A DNA stretch of 64,000 nucleotides, from contig JACPHC010000003.1 of the NCBI GenBank assembly GCA_016188775.1, forward strand, positions 344 to 64,343, read 5' to 3'. This DNA comes from Parcubacteria group bacterium. Its GTDB lineage: Bacteria; Patescibacteriota; Minisyncoccia; JACPHC01. The translations under genes were made by a program, and so were the position numbers. Positions 7,759-17,242 of the stretch are shown one piece after another (the first letter of the stretch is position 1; every line of letters starts with the position of its first letter). The notes under the pieces are model-generated. The model did no database searches. It worked only from the letters and a program-made list of their open reading frames with translations, and had not been told where the DNA came from.

Positions 7759-8145
7759 ATGAGCCGAAAAATAGAAGATCAATTCGAAAAAACTCAAAAA
7801 GATCTGCCGGAAATTAAAAACGCCTTATTCGATCCGGAAAAATTAGTGGATCTGGTGGTGACCTTGGAAGACATAGCGGCCGAAACATCAACCCAGCTTA
7901 ATATCGGCGAATCAAACACGCAGCAAAAATTCATCAATTTCTCCGTCAATCTCTGGGGAAATTTTACTAATTTTTACCGTTTTATAAAAAAAATAGAAAA
8001 TCTGCCGTATCTCGATCAAATTGACACTATCGCGATTAAAAAACTGGAACCGCAGGAAATTGCCGTTCGCAATCAAAACGGAGGCCCGATTCTCGGATCG
8101 GGCGATATTGGAGCGGTTATGAAATTTAAAATATTTACTCAATGA
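7759..8145 (+). CDS. pilO: PilO-like pilus assembly protein (periplasmic domain). The N-terminal transmembrane segment is encoded in frame upstream, from 7573, without a canonical start codon.
   Basis: Position in the pilM-pilN-pilO order. The upstream in-frame translation gives ...ILISGLSALFVVIILFFLAIFPL (a TM helix) with no ATG, GTG or TTG between the stop at 7570 and 7759. Confidence 0.5.
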   Translation: MSRKIEDQFEKTQKDLPEIKNALFDPEKLVDLVVTLEDIAAETSTQLNIGESNTQQKFINFSVNLWGNFTNFYRFIKKIENLPYLDQIDTIAIKKLEPQEIAVRNQNGGPILGSGDIGAVMKFKIFTQ

Positions 8146-8456
8146 TAAAAATCAATCTCCAATCAATTTCTAAAAAAATAAGAGAGGCTCAAAAAACGGC
8201 GCCGGAATTTTTTGAACGCCGCGGTCTTTTTATTCTCACTCTTATTTTTATTTTAATTATTTTCTGGCCGGCTTATATATTTTATTTTAAAATCTGGTTA
8301 ACCTTGAACGAACCTATTTTTATTGAAGAAAAAATAACGGAACTGCCGAAGACTTCTCTTGAATCAGCTCTGCGAAATATTGAAAACAGAGCCCAAATTT
8401 TTAAAAGCAACGAACAAACTGAAATAATTTCAGCGAATAAAAATCCCTTTCGTTGA
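8142..8456 (+). CDS. Small membrane protein in the pil operon (possible PilP analogue)
   Basis: A 4-nt overlap with pilO (ATGA) and one transmembrane helix, LFILTLIFILIIFWPAYIF. Confidence 0.4.
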   Translation: MIKINLQSISKKIREAQKTAPEFFERRGLFILTLIFILIIFWPAYIFYFKIWLTLNEPIFIEEKITELPKTSLESALRNIENRAQIFKSNEQTEIISANKNPFR

Positions 8457-8563
8457 TTTTTTCGCGTTTTTACACTAATATTTTCGTAGCTCAATGGATA
8501 GCCTTCGGCCCTATAGGTCGTAGGCCCGGAGGAAGCGGTTCGAATAATTTCTATAATGTCATT

Positions 8564-8635
8564 CTCCCCGTAGTTCAACGGATAGAACGAAGGACTTCTA
8601 ATCCTTAGATCGAGGTTCGATTCCTCGCGGGGAGA
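8564..8635 (+). tRNA. tRNA-Arg (anticodon TCT)
   Basis: Cloverleaf folded by hand. Acceptor CTCCCCG/CGGGGAG, D stem GTTC/GAAC, anticodon stem AAGGA/TCCTT with loop CTTCTAA, T stem CGAGG/CCTCG with loop TTCGATT. Confidence 0.8.
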
Positions 8636-8643
8636 CTTGCCTT

Positions 8644-8716
8644 GGAGACTATGGTGTAGTAGCAGCACAGCAGTTTGTGGCACTGCTAGCACGGGTGCAA
8701 ATCCCGTTAGTCTCCC
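8644..8716 (+). tRNA. tRNA-His (anticodon GTG) with the extra G-1:C73 base pair
   Basis: An 8-bp acceptor stem GGAGACTA/TAGTCTCC, anticodon stem GCAGT/ACTGC with loop TTGTGGC, T stem ACGGG/CCCGT. Confidence 0.8.
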
Positions 8717-8721
8717 AAATA

Positions 8722-8753
8722 AAAAGCATGAATTTTTTTATCCATGCTTTTTG
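8722..8753. terminator. Bidirectional hairpin terminator between tRNA-His (+) and the aldehyde dehydrogenase gene (-)
   Basis: AAAGCATG ... CATGCTTT stem flanked by A and T runs. Confidence 0.5.
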
Positions 8754-8757
8754 AATT

Positions 8758-10284
8758 TTATTTTTTAACTTCCGATGACAAGCCTTGAGCTAAGTTTATT
8801 TCTTTTCCGTAATTTACGGTAAAGGCTGTTTTATAACACATATAATCGAAAAGTCCGGCCGCAGAAGGCATGCCGGTTCCGGATCTTCTTATTCCGCCGA
8901 AAGGCAACTGAACTTCCGCGCCGATCGTCGGCAGATTAATATATTTTAAACCGGCTTTAGCCAGCGTTTTAAATTCCCGCATCTTCCGCCAATCTTCGGT
9001 AATCAAACTCATACTTAATCCATAGGGCGTGCTATTCGCAGTTTTCAGGGCTTCTTCAAAATCCCGGACAATAATAATCGCTATATTCGGAGTAAAAGCC
9101 TCTTCTTTAAAAACATGGGAATCGAAATCAAAACCATCTCGATAATGAAGGCGAAAAACATTTGGTTTAACAAAATTTGTGAAATTGTCATCGCGCAAAT
9201 CGCCTCTTAATAATTCAATTCCTTCCTCGATAACTTTTTTCCTGTAGAAATGGTGATTGATCACAGCTGTTTCATTAATTAAAGGCCCGGCAAACACTTT
9301 AGAATCAAACGGATCGCCAAACACCATCCTGTCGGTCAAATCAAGAAACTTTTTTGTAAATTCTTTTTCTATTTTTTCTTCCACGATGATTAAATCCGCC
9401 GACACGCATCTTTGATGGGTGGTTTTATAAGCGGACAAAATCGCGGCATTGAGGGCCAGATTTAGATTCGCGTCTTTTAAAACAATCAAAGAATTTTTCC
9501 CGCCCATTTCGCAAATGGCGAATTTTTCATCACTTTCTGCCGCGATTTTTTTGATTTTTTTTCCAACCGCGTAAGAGCCGGTAAACAGCAAGCCGACTAC
9601 CCGAGGATGACAAACTAGATGTTTTCCGATTTCTCCGTTGCCGTGAATTAAATTTAAAATACCCGGCGGCGCGTTATGTTTTTTCGCCGCTTTGTCAAAC
9701 AGCCGAATCAGATATTCTCCGGAAAAAGGCGTTTCTTCCGAAGGTTTAAAAATCACGGTATTGCCGGAAACCAATGATGGACCAATTAACCAAGTTGGAA
9801 TGGCAAAAGGAAAATTCCAGGGAGTGATAACAACAAAGACGCCTTTGGACTGAAGAAAAATCTCGGATTCTTTTTCCGAGAATTCCGAAGGGATTTTTTC
9901 GCCAATCGCTTGCCGGCCCCGTCCAACGCAATACTGAAGCATGTGAATGCCTTCGGTGACGTCAGCCCGGGCTTCGTTGATATGCTTTCCGGATTCCTGC
10001 GTGATTAAAACAGCTATTTCTTCAAAATGCGCTTTAACGAGTTGGACTAGATCATCAATTACCTCGGCTCTTTTAACCCAAGACCATTTTGACCATTTTG
10101 TAAAAGCCTCCTCGGCCGCGCCTACGGCTTCATTAATTTCATATTCGCCGGCGCAAGGCGCCAATCCTATTTGTTTGCGGTTTGCCGGGTTATAAACCCT
10201 AAAACCTCCCATACAATCCCGCGCGTCCCATTTTTCGGCGATATAATGCTCGCCGAACATCATATCATTAACTTTTAGAATCAT
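8758..10284 (-). CDS. NAD(P)-dependent aldehyde dehydrogenase (ALDH superfamily)
   Basis: ITPWNFPFAIP, catalytic FAICEMGGKN and the Cys in THQRCVSAD; length 508 aa. Confidence 0.85.
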   Translation of the reverse strand: MILKVNDMMFGEHYIAEKWDARDCMGGFRVYNPANRKQIGLAPCAGEYEINEAVGAAEEAFTKWSKWSWVKRAEVIDDLVQLVKAHFEEIAVLITQESGKHINEARADVTEGIHMLQYCVGRGRQAIGEKIPSEFSEKESEIFLQSKGVFVVITPWNFPFAIPTWLIGPSLVSGNTVIFKPSEETPFSGEYLIRLFDKAAKKHNAPPGILNLIHGNGEIGKHLVCHPRVVGLLFTGSYAVGKKIKKIAAESDEKFAICEMGGKNSLIVLKDANLNLALNAAILSAYKTTHQRCVSADLIIVEEKIEKEFTKKFLDLTDRMVFGDPFDSKVFAGPLINETAVINHHFYRKKVIEEGIELLRGDLRDDNFTNFVKPNVFRLHYRDGFDFDSHVFKEEAFTPNIAIIIVRDFEEALKTANSTPYGLSMSLITEDWRKMREFKTLAKAGLKYINLPTIGAEVQLPFGGIRRSGTGMPSAAGLFDYMCYKTAFTVNYGKEINLAQGLSSEVKK

Positions 10285-10547
10285 TTTATTCCTCCGTGAA
10301 ATAAATTTTCAAAGACCAATAGGTCATTACTTGTAGAGTGACAAATTTTTTAATAAAATGCAAAAAAATAATAAAATAAACTTATCAACCAAATTACAAA
10401 AAATGGCATAATGCCAAAAAATTGACAAAAGTCGCAATTTTGATAAACTATAATCAATCACTTTAATTTAGTTTTTTTTGACTTCATTAAAAGCGATTAT
10501 CAAAAGTCAATTTATGTTTATTATTTTATCTAATCTAAATATTTTTT

Positions 10548-12074
10548 ATGAACACCATCCTGCTTGTCTCGAGCGGGGCGACATTGGTTTTGGGTTTAGC
10601 TTTCGGATATTTTCTAAGAAAATCAATCGCGCAAAAACAAGCTCAATCAATCGAAGCCCAAATCGAGCATAAATTAAACGCAGCGAGCACAGAGGCCAAA
10701 GAGATTTTAATCGAGGCCAAAACGAATGCCGTTAAAATTTTAGAAGAAGCCAAACGCGAAGAAAAAGAAACTCAAGTTCGGTTTTTAAAAACCGAGGAAA
10801 GACTGTCAAGACGCGAAGAACAAATTGCCTCGCAACTGGCGGATTTTAAAAAACGCGAAGATGATTTGGGGCAAAAAATAGAAAACGTCAAGCAAATAAG
10901 GGTTAAGCTCGAAACCCTTGAAAAAGAACAAAGCGAATCCTTGGAACGAACGGCTCAACTGACTCAAGCTCAAGCCAAAGATGAGCTTTTTAAGATTGTG
11001 GAAAAAAATCATTCCGATGATCTGTTTAAAAAAATTCAGAAGCTGGAATTTTCAGGAAAAGAAGATCTGGAAAAAAAAGCCCGCGACATATTAGCGGCAG
11101 CCATTCAACGTTATGCCGGCTCTCACGCGGCCGAACTGACCACTACGACTTTGACTTTGCCATCCGATGATTTGAAAGGCAAAATTATCGGAAAGGAAGG
11201 ACGCAATATCCGAACTTTGGAACGGCTGACCGGCGTTGAAATTATTATTGACGAGACGCCGGAAACGTTGATGATTTCCGGTTTTGATCCGGTCCGGCGC
11301 CAAATCGCGAAAATAGCTCTGGAAAAATTGATGGTTGACGGACGCATCCAGCCGGCTCGAATTGAAGAAACGGTTGAAAAAGCCAAAGAGGAAATTACAA
11401 CGAAAATCAAAGAAGCCGGAGATCAGGCTTGCTACGAATGCGCTGTGACGGGTATTGATCCTCGGCTATCCTATCTTTTGGGAAGACTTAAATACCGAAC
11501 CAGTTACGGACAGAATGTTCTTTTGCATTCCGTGGAAATGGCTCATATAGCCGGCATTATGGCCAAAGAATTGGGAGCCGATGTTGGAGCGGCAAAAATG
11601 GGAGCTTTATTCCATGATATTGGCAAAGCCGTTGATCATGAAGTCAGCGGCACCCATGTTGAAATCGGCCGGAATATTTTAAAGAAATTTAACGTCAAAG
11701 AAGAAGTGATTGAGGCGATGCAGTCGCATCACGAAGAATATCCCTACGCGACCTTGGAGTCTCGGATAGTTCAGGCCGCTGACGCGATTTCCGGCGGCCG
11801 ACCCGGAGCGCGCCGAGACACGGCCGAATTATTCTTAAAGCGATTGGAAGATTTGGAAAAAATCGCCAATTCGTTTCCAGGAGTTGAAAAATCTTACGCT
11901 ATTGCCGCCGGCCGCGATCTTAGGGTTTTTGTCAAGTCAACGGAAATTGACGATCTGGGCGCTAAAAGAATGGCCCGCGATATCGCTTTGCGAATTGAAC
12001 AAGAAATGCAGTATCCGGGAGAAATAAAAATCAATGTTATTCGTGAAACAAGAATAATTGAATACGCCAGGTAG
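10548..12074 (+). CDS. rny: Ribonuclease Y
   Basis: N-terminal TM helix, coiled coil, KH domain (GKIIGKEGRNIRTLERLTGVEIIID) and HD domain (HSVEMAHIAGIMA ... FHDIGK). Confidence 0.9.
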   Translation: MNTILLVSSGATLVLGLAFGYFLRKSIAQKQAQSIEAQIEHKLNAASTEAKEILIEAKTNAVKILEEAKREEKETQVRFLKTEERLSRREEQIASQLADFKKREDDLGQKIENVKQIRVKLETLEKEQSESLERTAQLTQAQAKDELFKIVEKNHSDDLFKKIQKLEFSGKEDLEKKARDILAAAIQRYAGSHAAELTTTTLTLPSDDLKGKIIGKEGRNIRTLERLTGVEIIIDETPETLMISGFDPVRRQIAKIALEKLMVDGRIQPARIEETVEKAKEEITTKIKEAGDQACYECAVTGIDPRLSYLLGRLKYRTSYGQNVLLHSVEMAHIAGIMAKELGADVGAAKMGALFHDIGKAVDHEVSGTHVEIGRNILKKFNVKEEVIEAMQSHHEEYPYATLESRIVQAADAISGGRPGARRDTAELFLKRLEDLEKIANSFPGVEKSYAIAAGRDLRVFVKSTEIDDLGAKRMARDIALRIEQEMQYPGEIKINVIRETRIIEYAR

Positions 12075-12154
12075 TGAAATTTGGCTTTATTTCTGGTTTT
12101 TGTTATACTTTAATATAATAAAAAGGTCGCTAAAATAAATATTAATTTATCAAA

Positions 12155-12427
12155 ATGAATAAAGAAGGTTTAATTGAAGCGGTAATGGGAAAAATCGGCG
12201 GCACTAAAAGCGGAGCCGAAGACGCGATTAACGCCGTTTTTGACGCGATTACTTCCGCTATGGGCAAAGGCGACGATGTGGCTATTTCCGGTTTTGGCAC
12301 TTTTAAAGTCACTAAAAGAGCAGCTCGACAAGGCGTTAATCCTCGAACCGGCGCTAAAATTTCCATTCCGGCGATGAATGTTCCGAAATTCAAAGCTGGC
12401 AAAGGCTTGAAAGAAGCTGTGAAATAA
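12155..12427 (+). CDS. hup: DNA-binding protein HU
   Basis: A 90-aa HU/IHF fold: GFGTFKVTKRAARQGVNPRTGAKISIPA. Confidence 0.9.
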   Translation: MNKEGLIEAVMGKIGGTKSGAEDAINAVFDAITSAMGKGDDVAISGFGTFKVTKRAARQGVNPRTGAKISIPAMNVPKFKAGKGLKEAVK

Positions 12428-12450
12428 ATAAAATCTCTAGAGATTTAAAA

Positions 12451-12479
12451 ACAATCCGCCAGCCGGCGGATTGTTTTTA
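12451..12479 (+). terminator. Rho-independent terminator after hup
   Basis: ACAATCCGCC-AGCC-GGCGGATTGT followed by TTTTTAA. Confidence 0.7.
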
Positions 12480-12569
12480 ATTGAAACGGAGAAATGTTAT
12501 TCAAAATAAACTGTACTTTTTAGCGCGATAGCGTGAATAAGTACAGTTTATGAAATAAACGATAAATTT

Positions 12570-13094
12570 TTAAAACAAATCCGGATGGATAAATTTCACT
12601 AAAGCCGCGATAACCCCGTCTTGATAGGCCTTGGTTCTAGTGAGAGCGTTTTTAGTCATCAAACCAAAATGACCTTCGATTTGTTTTGAGTTTTTTCTTT
12701 TAAAAACCGCGTCGTTAATTTCTCCAAGCTCCATCCCTTTTTTCATCATAGCAACCATTTTCAATGGAATAAGCATTTTAATTGTCGAACCAATACTTTC
12801 GTTATTATTTTTATCTAAAATAACAATCCAGCCGCATTCAAAATAATCCTTGTTTATTTTTTGCGTTCCGCCCTCAAGGCCGACTCCAAAGTCGGCTTTT
12901 AATGCTCTAACAGCCAATTTCGCCCTGTTTCTGGCGCCTAAAATAGCTTCCTTATCGCTCATTGGCTGCTTAGAAACTCCGGATTCCACGGCTAAACCGT
13001 GAATCTTGAATTTTTTATCCGGCCATACTTTTTGAAACGCCGCTCTGGCCGCTTCAATTTTTACCGGATTTTTAGACCCAACCGCGATTTTCAT
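12570..13094 (-). CDS. YjjX-like non-canonical purine NTP phosphatase (inosine/xanthosine triphosphatase family)
   Basis: AVESGVS, GARNRA and a C-terminal pattern similar to E. coli YjjX. Confidence 0.65.
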   Translation of the reverse strand: MKIAVGSKNPVKIEAARAAFQKVWPDKKFKIHGLAVESGVSKQPMSDKEAILGARNRAKLAVRALKADFGVGLEGGTQKINKDYFECGWIVILDKNNNESIGSTIKMLIPLKMVAMMKKGMELGEINDAVFKRKNSKQIEGHFGLMTKNALTRTKAYQDGVIAALVKFIHPDLF

Positions 13095-13152
13095 AAAAAA
13101 CTGGAGTCTCTATTGTACTCCGCTAGAACCTAATTTATCAAAAATTCTAATT

Positions 13153-13226
13153 CTGGAGCGAGTGACGGGAATCGAACCCGTGTATCCTGCTTGGAAGGCA
13201 AGCGTACTGCCACTGTACTACACTCG
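13153..13226 (-). tRNA. tRNA-Gly (anticodon TCC), CCA encoded
   Basis: Reverse complement gives GCGAGTG ... anticodon loop CTTCCAA ... GGGTTCGATTCCCGT ... CACTCGC-T-CCA. Confidence 0.8.
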
Positions 13227-13286
13227 CGTAAACGCATTGGATGATTGCCTCTATACTAATCCCGCTTTTTGTGTAAATAATAATAT

Positions 13287-13835
13287 ATGCAAATCAAAAG
13301 ACTTGCAAGAAATTTTTATACAAAGCCGACTTTAGGGGTGGCTAAAAATCTTTTGGGTAAATATATTGTCAGGAAATGGCGAGGCAAAAAATTAAAAGGA
13401 ATGATTGTTGAGACAGAGGCGTATATTGGGCCGCAAGATCGCGCTTCGCACGCTTATCGCTGGAAAATCACGAACAGAAATAAGGTTGAATATTTAGCCG
13501 GCGGCCGCGTTTACATTTATTTAGTTTACGGCATGTATTGGCAGTTAAATATTGTTACGAATCGCAAGGGGCATCCGGAATGCGTTTTAATTAGAGCTAT
13601 TATTCCAGATGATTTAGAATTTAAAAGTTTAGTTAACGGTCCGGGCAAACTTTGCCGTTATTTAAAACTTGATAAATCTTTTTACGCGGAAAATCTAATA
13701 AAAAGCAAAAGAATCTGGCTTGAAGACAGAGGAATAAAAATTAAACCAAAAGATATTTTAGCAACTCCCAGAATCGGAATTGATTACGCCGGGCCATATT
13801 GGGCAAAAAGAAAATGGCGGTTTTTAATCAAATAA
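13287..13835 (+). CDS. mpg: DNA-3-methyladenine glycosylase (Mpg/AAG family)
   Basis: ETEAYIGPQDRASHA ... GGRVYIYLVYGMYWQLNIV ... VLIRA, the Pfam 3-methyladenine glycosylase pattern. Confidence 0.8.
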   Translation: MQIKRLARNFYTKPTLGVAKNLLGKYIVRKWRGKKLKGMIVETEAYIGPQDRASHAYRWKITNRNKVEYLAGGRVYIYLVYGMYWQLNIVTNRKGHPECVLIRAIIPDDLEFKSLVNGPGKLCRYLKLDKSFYAENLIKSKRIWLEDRGIKIKPKDILATPRIGIDYAGPYWAKRKWRFLIK

Positions 13836-13878
13836 ATGGTCTATGTGTATTTTTTTTCATTAACATGTATTTTAAAAT

Positions 13879-13920
13879 AAGCATTTTCTTTCATACTACG
13901 TAGTATGAAAGAAAATGCTT
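13879..13920. terminator. Perfect 19-bp-stem palindrome between convergent genes (bidirectional terminator candidate)
   Basis: AAGCATTTTCTTTCATACT-ACGT-AGTATGAAAGAAAATGCTT. Confidence 0.6.
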
Positions 13921-13998
13921 AAATGACACTCCCTGCCTGCATTCTTATCATTCGTAGAATAATGGAAGTAATCCGCGAATACATAAGAAAAAGGCGCG

Positions 13999-15150
13999 TT
14001 AGTGATGCGCCTTTTTGAGATTCGATTTTTTTGAAATAAGAGCGACAATCTTTCGGCTTATTTCAACTTCCCCGTTTTCATCAATTTTTAAAATTATTAC
14101 TTTTAAATCTTCATCCAGCGGCGATTCAAATATGGCCTTTTTTAAATCGTAGCCATCAGTAATTTTCTTGCCGTTAAATTCAACAATCAAGTCGCCTTTT
14201 TCAATATTGGCGTCTTCGGCCGGGCTTTCTTTTTCCACTAATTCAACAAGCGCCGCGCCGGAATTTTCTAAGATTTTCACCATCTCCGTCAGCATTAAAG
14301 TGTTGTCGATATCCAATAATTCATACAAAATTTTTAAATCTTCAAAAGTGTCGCTGAAAATAAATTTTTCCAAAGAACTTTTTACGCCTAACCAGCCCAT
14401 TTCAATATCGCCTTTTTTGAGTTTTTCCAATTCATTAATCGCGAAATTAATCGGAACGGCGAACCCGAGATTATTGGCATTATCTATAATAGCGGCGTTT
14501 ATACCGATCACTTCCTCATTTTCATTAATAAGCGGTCCGCCGGAATTTCCGTAATTTATTGCCGCGTCTGTTTGAATAAAATCTTCAATTTGGCCGGGGA
14601 AAAAATTTTTCCGATGAAGCGCGCTGATTCTTCCGGCTGTTAAAGTGTTTTTCAGTCCATACGGATTGCCAAAAGCGATTACTTTTTGGCCAACTTGAAT
14701 ATTGTCTGAATTTCCTAATTTAGCGGGAATAACGCCTCCTGGAACGACATCAATTTTTAAAAGCGCTAAATCCTGATACTTATCTCCGCCCAAAAGTTTC
14801 GCTCGGTACTTTTTACCTTCAAAAGTTACCCAATAAGTGTAACATTTTTCTTTAAGTTTTTGATGCTGGTCTTCTGATTCGTCGTTTTCAATTTTCGTAT
14901 CTTCTTCGTCTTTTACTATGTGATTATTCGTTAAAATTCTTCCTTCTAAGTCTATAAAAAATCCCGATCCTTCAAAAACGTCCTTATCGCCGTTTTGATA
15001 TTTAACTGTTGTTTCAATTCCAACCGCTGTTTTTTTGTATAAATTAGCTATTTTTACAACATAATCTTCGTTTTCGGAAAAAACATTGCCAGCTGAAAGT
15101 AAGAATAGCCAAGCTATAAACAAAATCATTGTTCTTTTTTTCCAAATCAT
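13999..15150 (-). CDS. HtrA/DegP-family trypsin-like serine protease with PDZ domain
   Basis: TNNHIV (His), GNSGGPL (catalytic Ser), a C-terminal PDZ-like region and an N-terminal signal/TM segment. Confidence 0.8.
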   Translation of the reverse strand: MIWKKRTMILFIAWLFLLSAGNVFSENEDYVVKIANLYKKTAVGIETTVKYQNGDKDVFEGSGFFIDLEGRILTNNHIVKDEEDTKIENDESEDQHQKLKEKCYTYWVTFEGKKYRAKLLGGDKYQDLALLKIDVVPGGVIPAKLGNSDNIQVGQKVIAFGNPYGLKNTLTAGRISALHRKNFFPGQIEDFIQTDAAINYGNSGGPLINENEEVIGINAAIIDNANNLGFAVPINFAINELEKLKKGDIEMGWLGVKSSLEKFIFSDTFEDLKILYELLDIDNTLMLTEMVKILENSGAALVELVEKESPAEDANIEKGDLIVEFNGKKITDGYDLKKAIFESPLDEDLKVIILKIDENGEVEISRKIVALISKKSNLKKAHH

Positions 15151-15245
15151 TTTTCACCTCTCTTTATTTTTAAAGTTCTTAATTAGAGATTAATTAATTA
15201 AAAATTTTATGTCAAATATTTGTCGGAAAGCCGAGACACTTCCAG

Positions 15246-15316
15246 TCGGAGAGCCGAGAATCGAACTCGGGCTTCATGCTCCCAAAGCATGTATACTACC
15301 ACTATACTACTCTCCG
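15246..15316 (-). tRNA. tRNA-Pro (anticodon TGG)
   Basis: Reverse complement gives CGGAGAG ... anticodon stem CATGC/GCATG with loop TTTGGGA ... GAGTTCGATTCTC ... CTCTCCG-A. Confidence 0.8.
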
Positions 15317-15389
15317 AATTAATTAGCACTCAATCATGGAGAGTGCTAATTTTAGCGCTCTCGCGTCGCGAGTGCTAATTTAATTTTTT

Positions 15390-15845
15390 TTAATTTTTAA
15401 TAATTTTTGAAAATTTTTTTAAAGCGTTGATTTGCCTTTTATTTAAATGAATCACAGGTCGTTTTTCTTGAAGTAAAGAAATCGCTTTTTCAATAGTATA
15501 GCCTTGAGTTAGAAGATGAGCCGCGACTAAAGTCGGCGCTCGGCCGTGGCCTTTTTCGCAATGCACAAAAACTTTATTTTTTTGTTTAATAATTTGATTA
15601 ATCGCGGCTACGCCTGCTAAAAATTGGTTTTTTGTCGGCGCGTACGCGTTTTGGACCGGCAGCCACAAATACAGCCAAACGCCGTAAGGCGCGTCCAGTC
15701 TTTCTCCTTCAACCGATATATCCGCGCCAATACCGATTTCTCTTAATCTTTCGTCAAAATGAAGCTGGCAGCAAGTGTTAGTGCCAATATAAATATATTT
15801 GGTAATTTGATTAAAATCCAGCTTATAATGAGGATGCTTTGGCAT
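15390..15845 (-). CDS. Dual-specificity protein phosphatase (CX5R P-loop)
   Basis: VHCEKGHGRAPT active-site motif. Confidence 0.7.
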   Translation of the reverse strand: MPKHPHYKLDFNQITKYIYIGTNTCCQLHFDERLREIGIGADISVEGERLDAPYGVWLYLWLPVQNAYAPTKNQFLAGVAAINQIIKQKNKVFVHCEKGHGRAPTLVAAHLLTQGYTIEKAISLLQEKRPVIHLNKRQINALKKFSKIIKN

Positions 15846-15848
15846 TTT

Positions 15849-16220
15849 TTAATAAAAAATCGCTTGTTCTAAGTGTCTAATTTCCGATTTTTTTGATTGC
15901 CGATCAACATCAATGCTAATAATATCAATTTGCCACTCTTGATTTTGCGGGTATTTATTTTTAATAAGGTATAATTCCGCTAACCTAATTAATTTTTTTT
16001 GTTTTTTAAAATTCACATTATCTTCCGGAGAAGCGAAATCGTTTTTTATTCTTGTTTTCACTTCACAGAATACCACAGTTTTACCTTTTTGAGCAACAAT
16101 ATCAAGCTCGCCGAATTTTAAACGATAATTCCTATCTAAAATTTTATAATTATGATTTTCTAAATATTGAACGGAAAAATCTTCGCCAAATTTTCCTAAT
16201 TCACTTTTTTGATTTTGCAT
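15849..16220 (-). CDS. YraN-family (UPF0102) predicted endonuclease
   Basis: GELDIVAQKGKTVVFCEVKTR pattern. Confidence 0.7.
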   Translation of the reverse strand: MQNQKSELGKFGEDFSVQYLENHNYKILDRNYRLKFGELDIVAQKGKTVVFCEVKTRIKNDFASPEDNVNFKKQKKLIRLAELYLIKNKYPQNQEWQIDIISIDVDRQSKKSEIRHLEQAIFY

Positions 16221-16302
16221 ATATTATTGAACATATTTCTTGACAACTTTGTCAAGTTTATTTTCTAATTACGAACTAATTTGACAAAATTGGCAAATGA
16301 TT

Positions 16303-17010
16303 TCACAGTTTTAACATTTTTCGTCCACGCTCTAATCTAATCTCTGTTCCCAAATCACTCCAATAACCATTATGAATAAAAGCTATTAAATGGCCATTTT
16401 TTGCTAAATTAGGAAAAATCTCGCGTTCAATAGAGAATGTTTCACGTGAAACATTTTTAAAAATATCCGGATGAAGAATATAATATCCAGTATTTATATA
16501 ACCAATGCATTCTTTTTGAGGTTTTTCCAAAAAATTCAAAATTTTTTTCTTTTCCGGATGAAAATTAATTAAACCAAAATCTTTCGCTTTTTGGCAATGC
16601 CAAACAGCGATTGAGCCCCTATTTTTAGTTTCACGTGAAACATTTTGGTAATTTTCTGTAAAAGATTTTAAGTTAATATCGCTAATTACGTCCCCATTTA
16701 GCGCTAAAAACGGCTTATCTATATCTTTTGAAGCGAATTTTATAGCGCCACCCGTGCCTAATGGTTCTTTTTCTATAACATAATCATACTGAAAAGGCAG
16801 CTTTTTACTTAATTGATTAATAAAATCAATAATTTGATCAGCAAAACGACCCAAGCTAATTCTAATATCGTTAAAGCCGTGTTTACTAAGCAATTCTATT
16901 TGATGTTGAAGAATTGCTTTATTTCCGATTTCAACTAAGGCCTTTGGTTTATTCTTGGCAGAAATCGGAAGACGAGTTGCTTTTCCGCCCGCTAAAATAA
17001 TAGTTTTCAT
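16303..17010 (-). CDS. Sugar-phosphate nucleotidyltransferase (NTP_transferase family)
   Basis: MKTIILAGGKATRL ... EPLGTGGAI. The CDS contains two in-frame copies of a 20-bp palindrome encoding NVSRET. Confidence 0.75.
   Translation of the reverse strand: MKTIILAGGKATRLPISAKNKPKALVEIGNKAILQHQIELLSKHGFNDIRISLGRFADQIIDFINQLSKKLPFQYDYVIEKEPLGTGGAIKFASKDIDKPFLALNGDVISDINLKSFTENYQNVSRETKNRGSIAVWHCQKAKDFGLINFHPEKKKILNFLEKPQKECIGYINTGYYILHPDIFKNVSRETFSIEREIFPNLAKNGHLIAFIHNGYWSDLGTEIRLERGRKMLKL
16436..16455. repeat. 20-bp palindrome AATGTTTCACGTGAAACATT (copy 1, inside a CDS)
   Basis: Perfect palindrome with a CACGTG core. Confidence 0.8.
16627..16644. repeat. Palindrome AGTTTCACGTGAAACATT (copy 2, inside a CDS)
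   Basis: 16 of 20 positions identical to copy 1. Confidence 0.75.
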
Positions 17011-17242
17011 TTTAAATTGTAAGATTTCATAGCGTTTTTATGCTTTTAAATAGCTATCGTCTTTAACAATTCACTCGAAAACACGCTATTAATTTCCCCA
17101 GCGGGAAATTGCGCTCCATCTCAGCCTCGCTCTTCGCCTTCGGCGAAACCATGCCCGCTTGGCCCGCGAAGAGTTTTCTTAGCGAATTGTCAAAAGCGAT
17201 ATTATGATGTAAATAACGCTCGGGATTCTTACATTAGTATTC

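Noticed and set aside
8481-8550. tRNA-like stretch (TCGTAGCTCAATGGATAGCC ... GGTTCGAATAA) upstream of tRNA-Arg
   Set aside because: It has a box-A-like 5' part and a T-loop-like GGTTCGAAT, but I could not fold a canonical cloverleaf by hand. The D stem, anticodon stem and T stem do not pair. It may be a degenerate tRNA pseudogene, or my folding may be at fault; tRNAscan-SE would decide.
8282-8692. 136-aa minus-strand ORF
   Set aside because: It lies entirely across tRNA-Arg and tRNA-His and the tRNA-like stretch, so it is spurious.
10421-10454. Sigma-70-like promoter (TTGACA ... TATAAT) upstream of rny
   Set aside because: The two hexamers are separated by 21 nt, so the spacing is non-canonical. 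In this AT-rich DNA the hexamer matches alone are not convincing.
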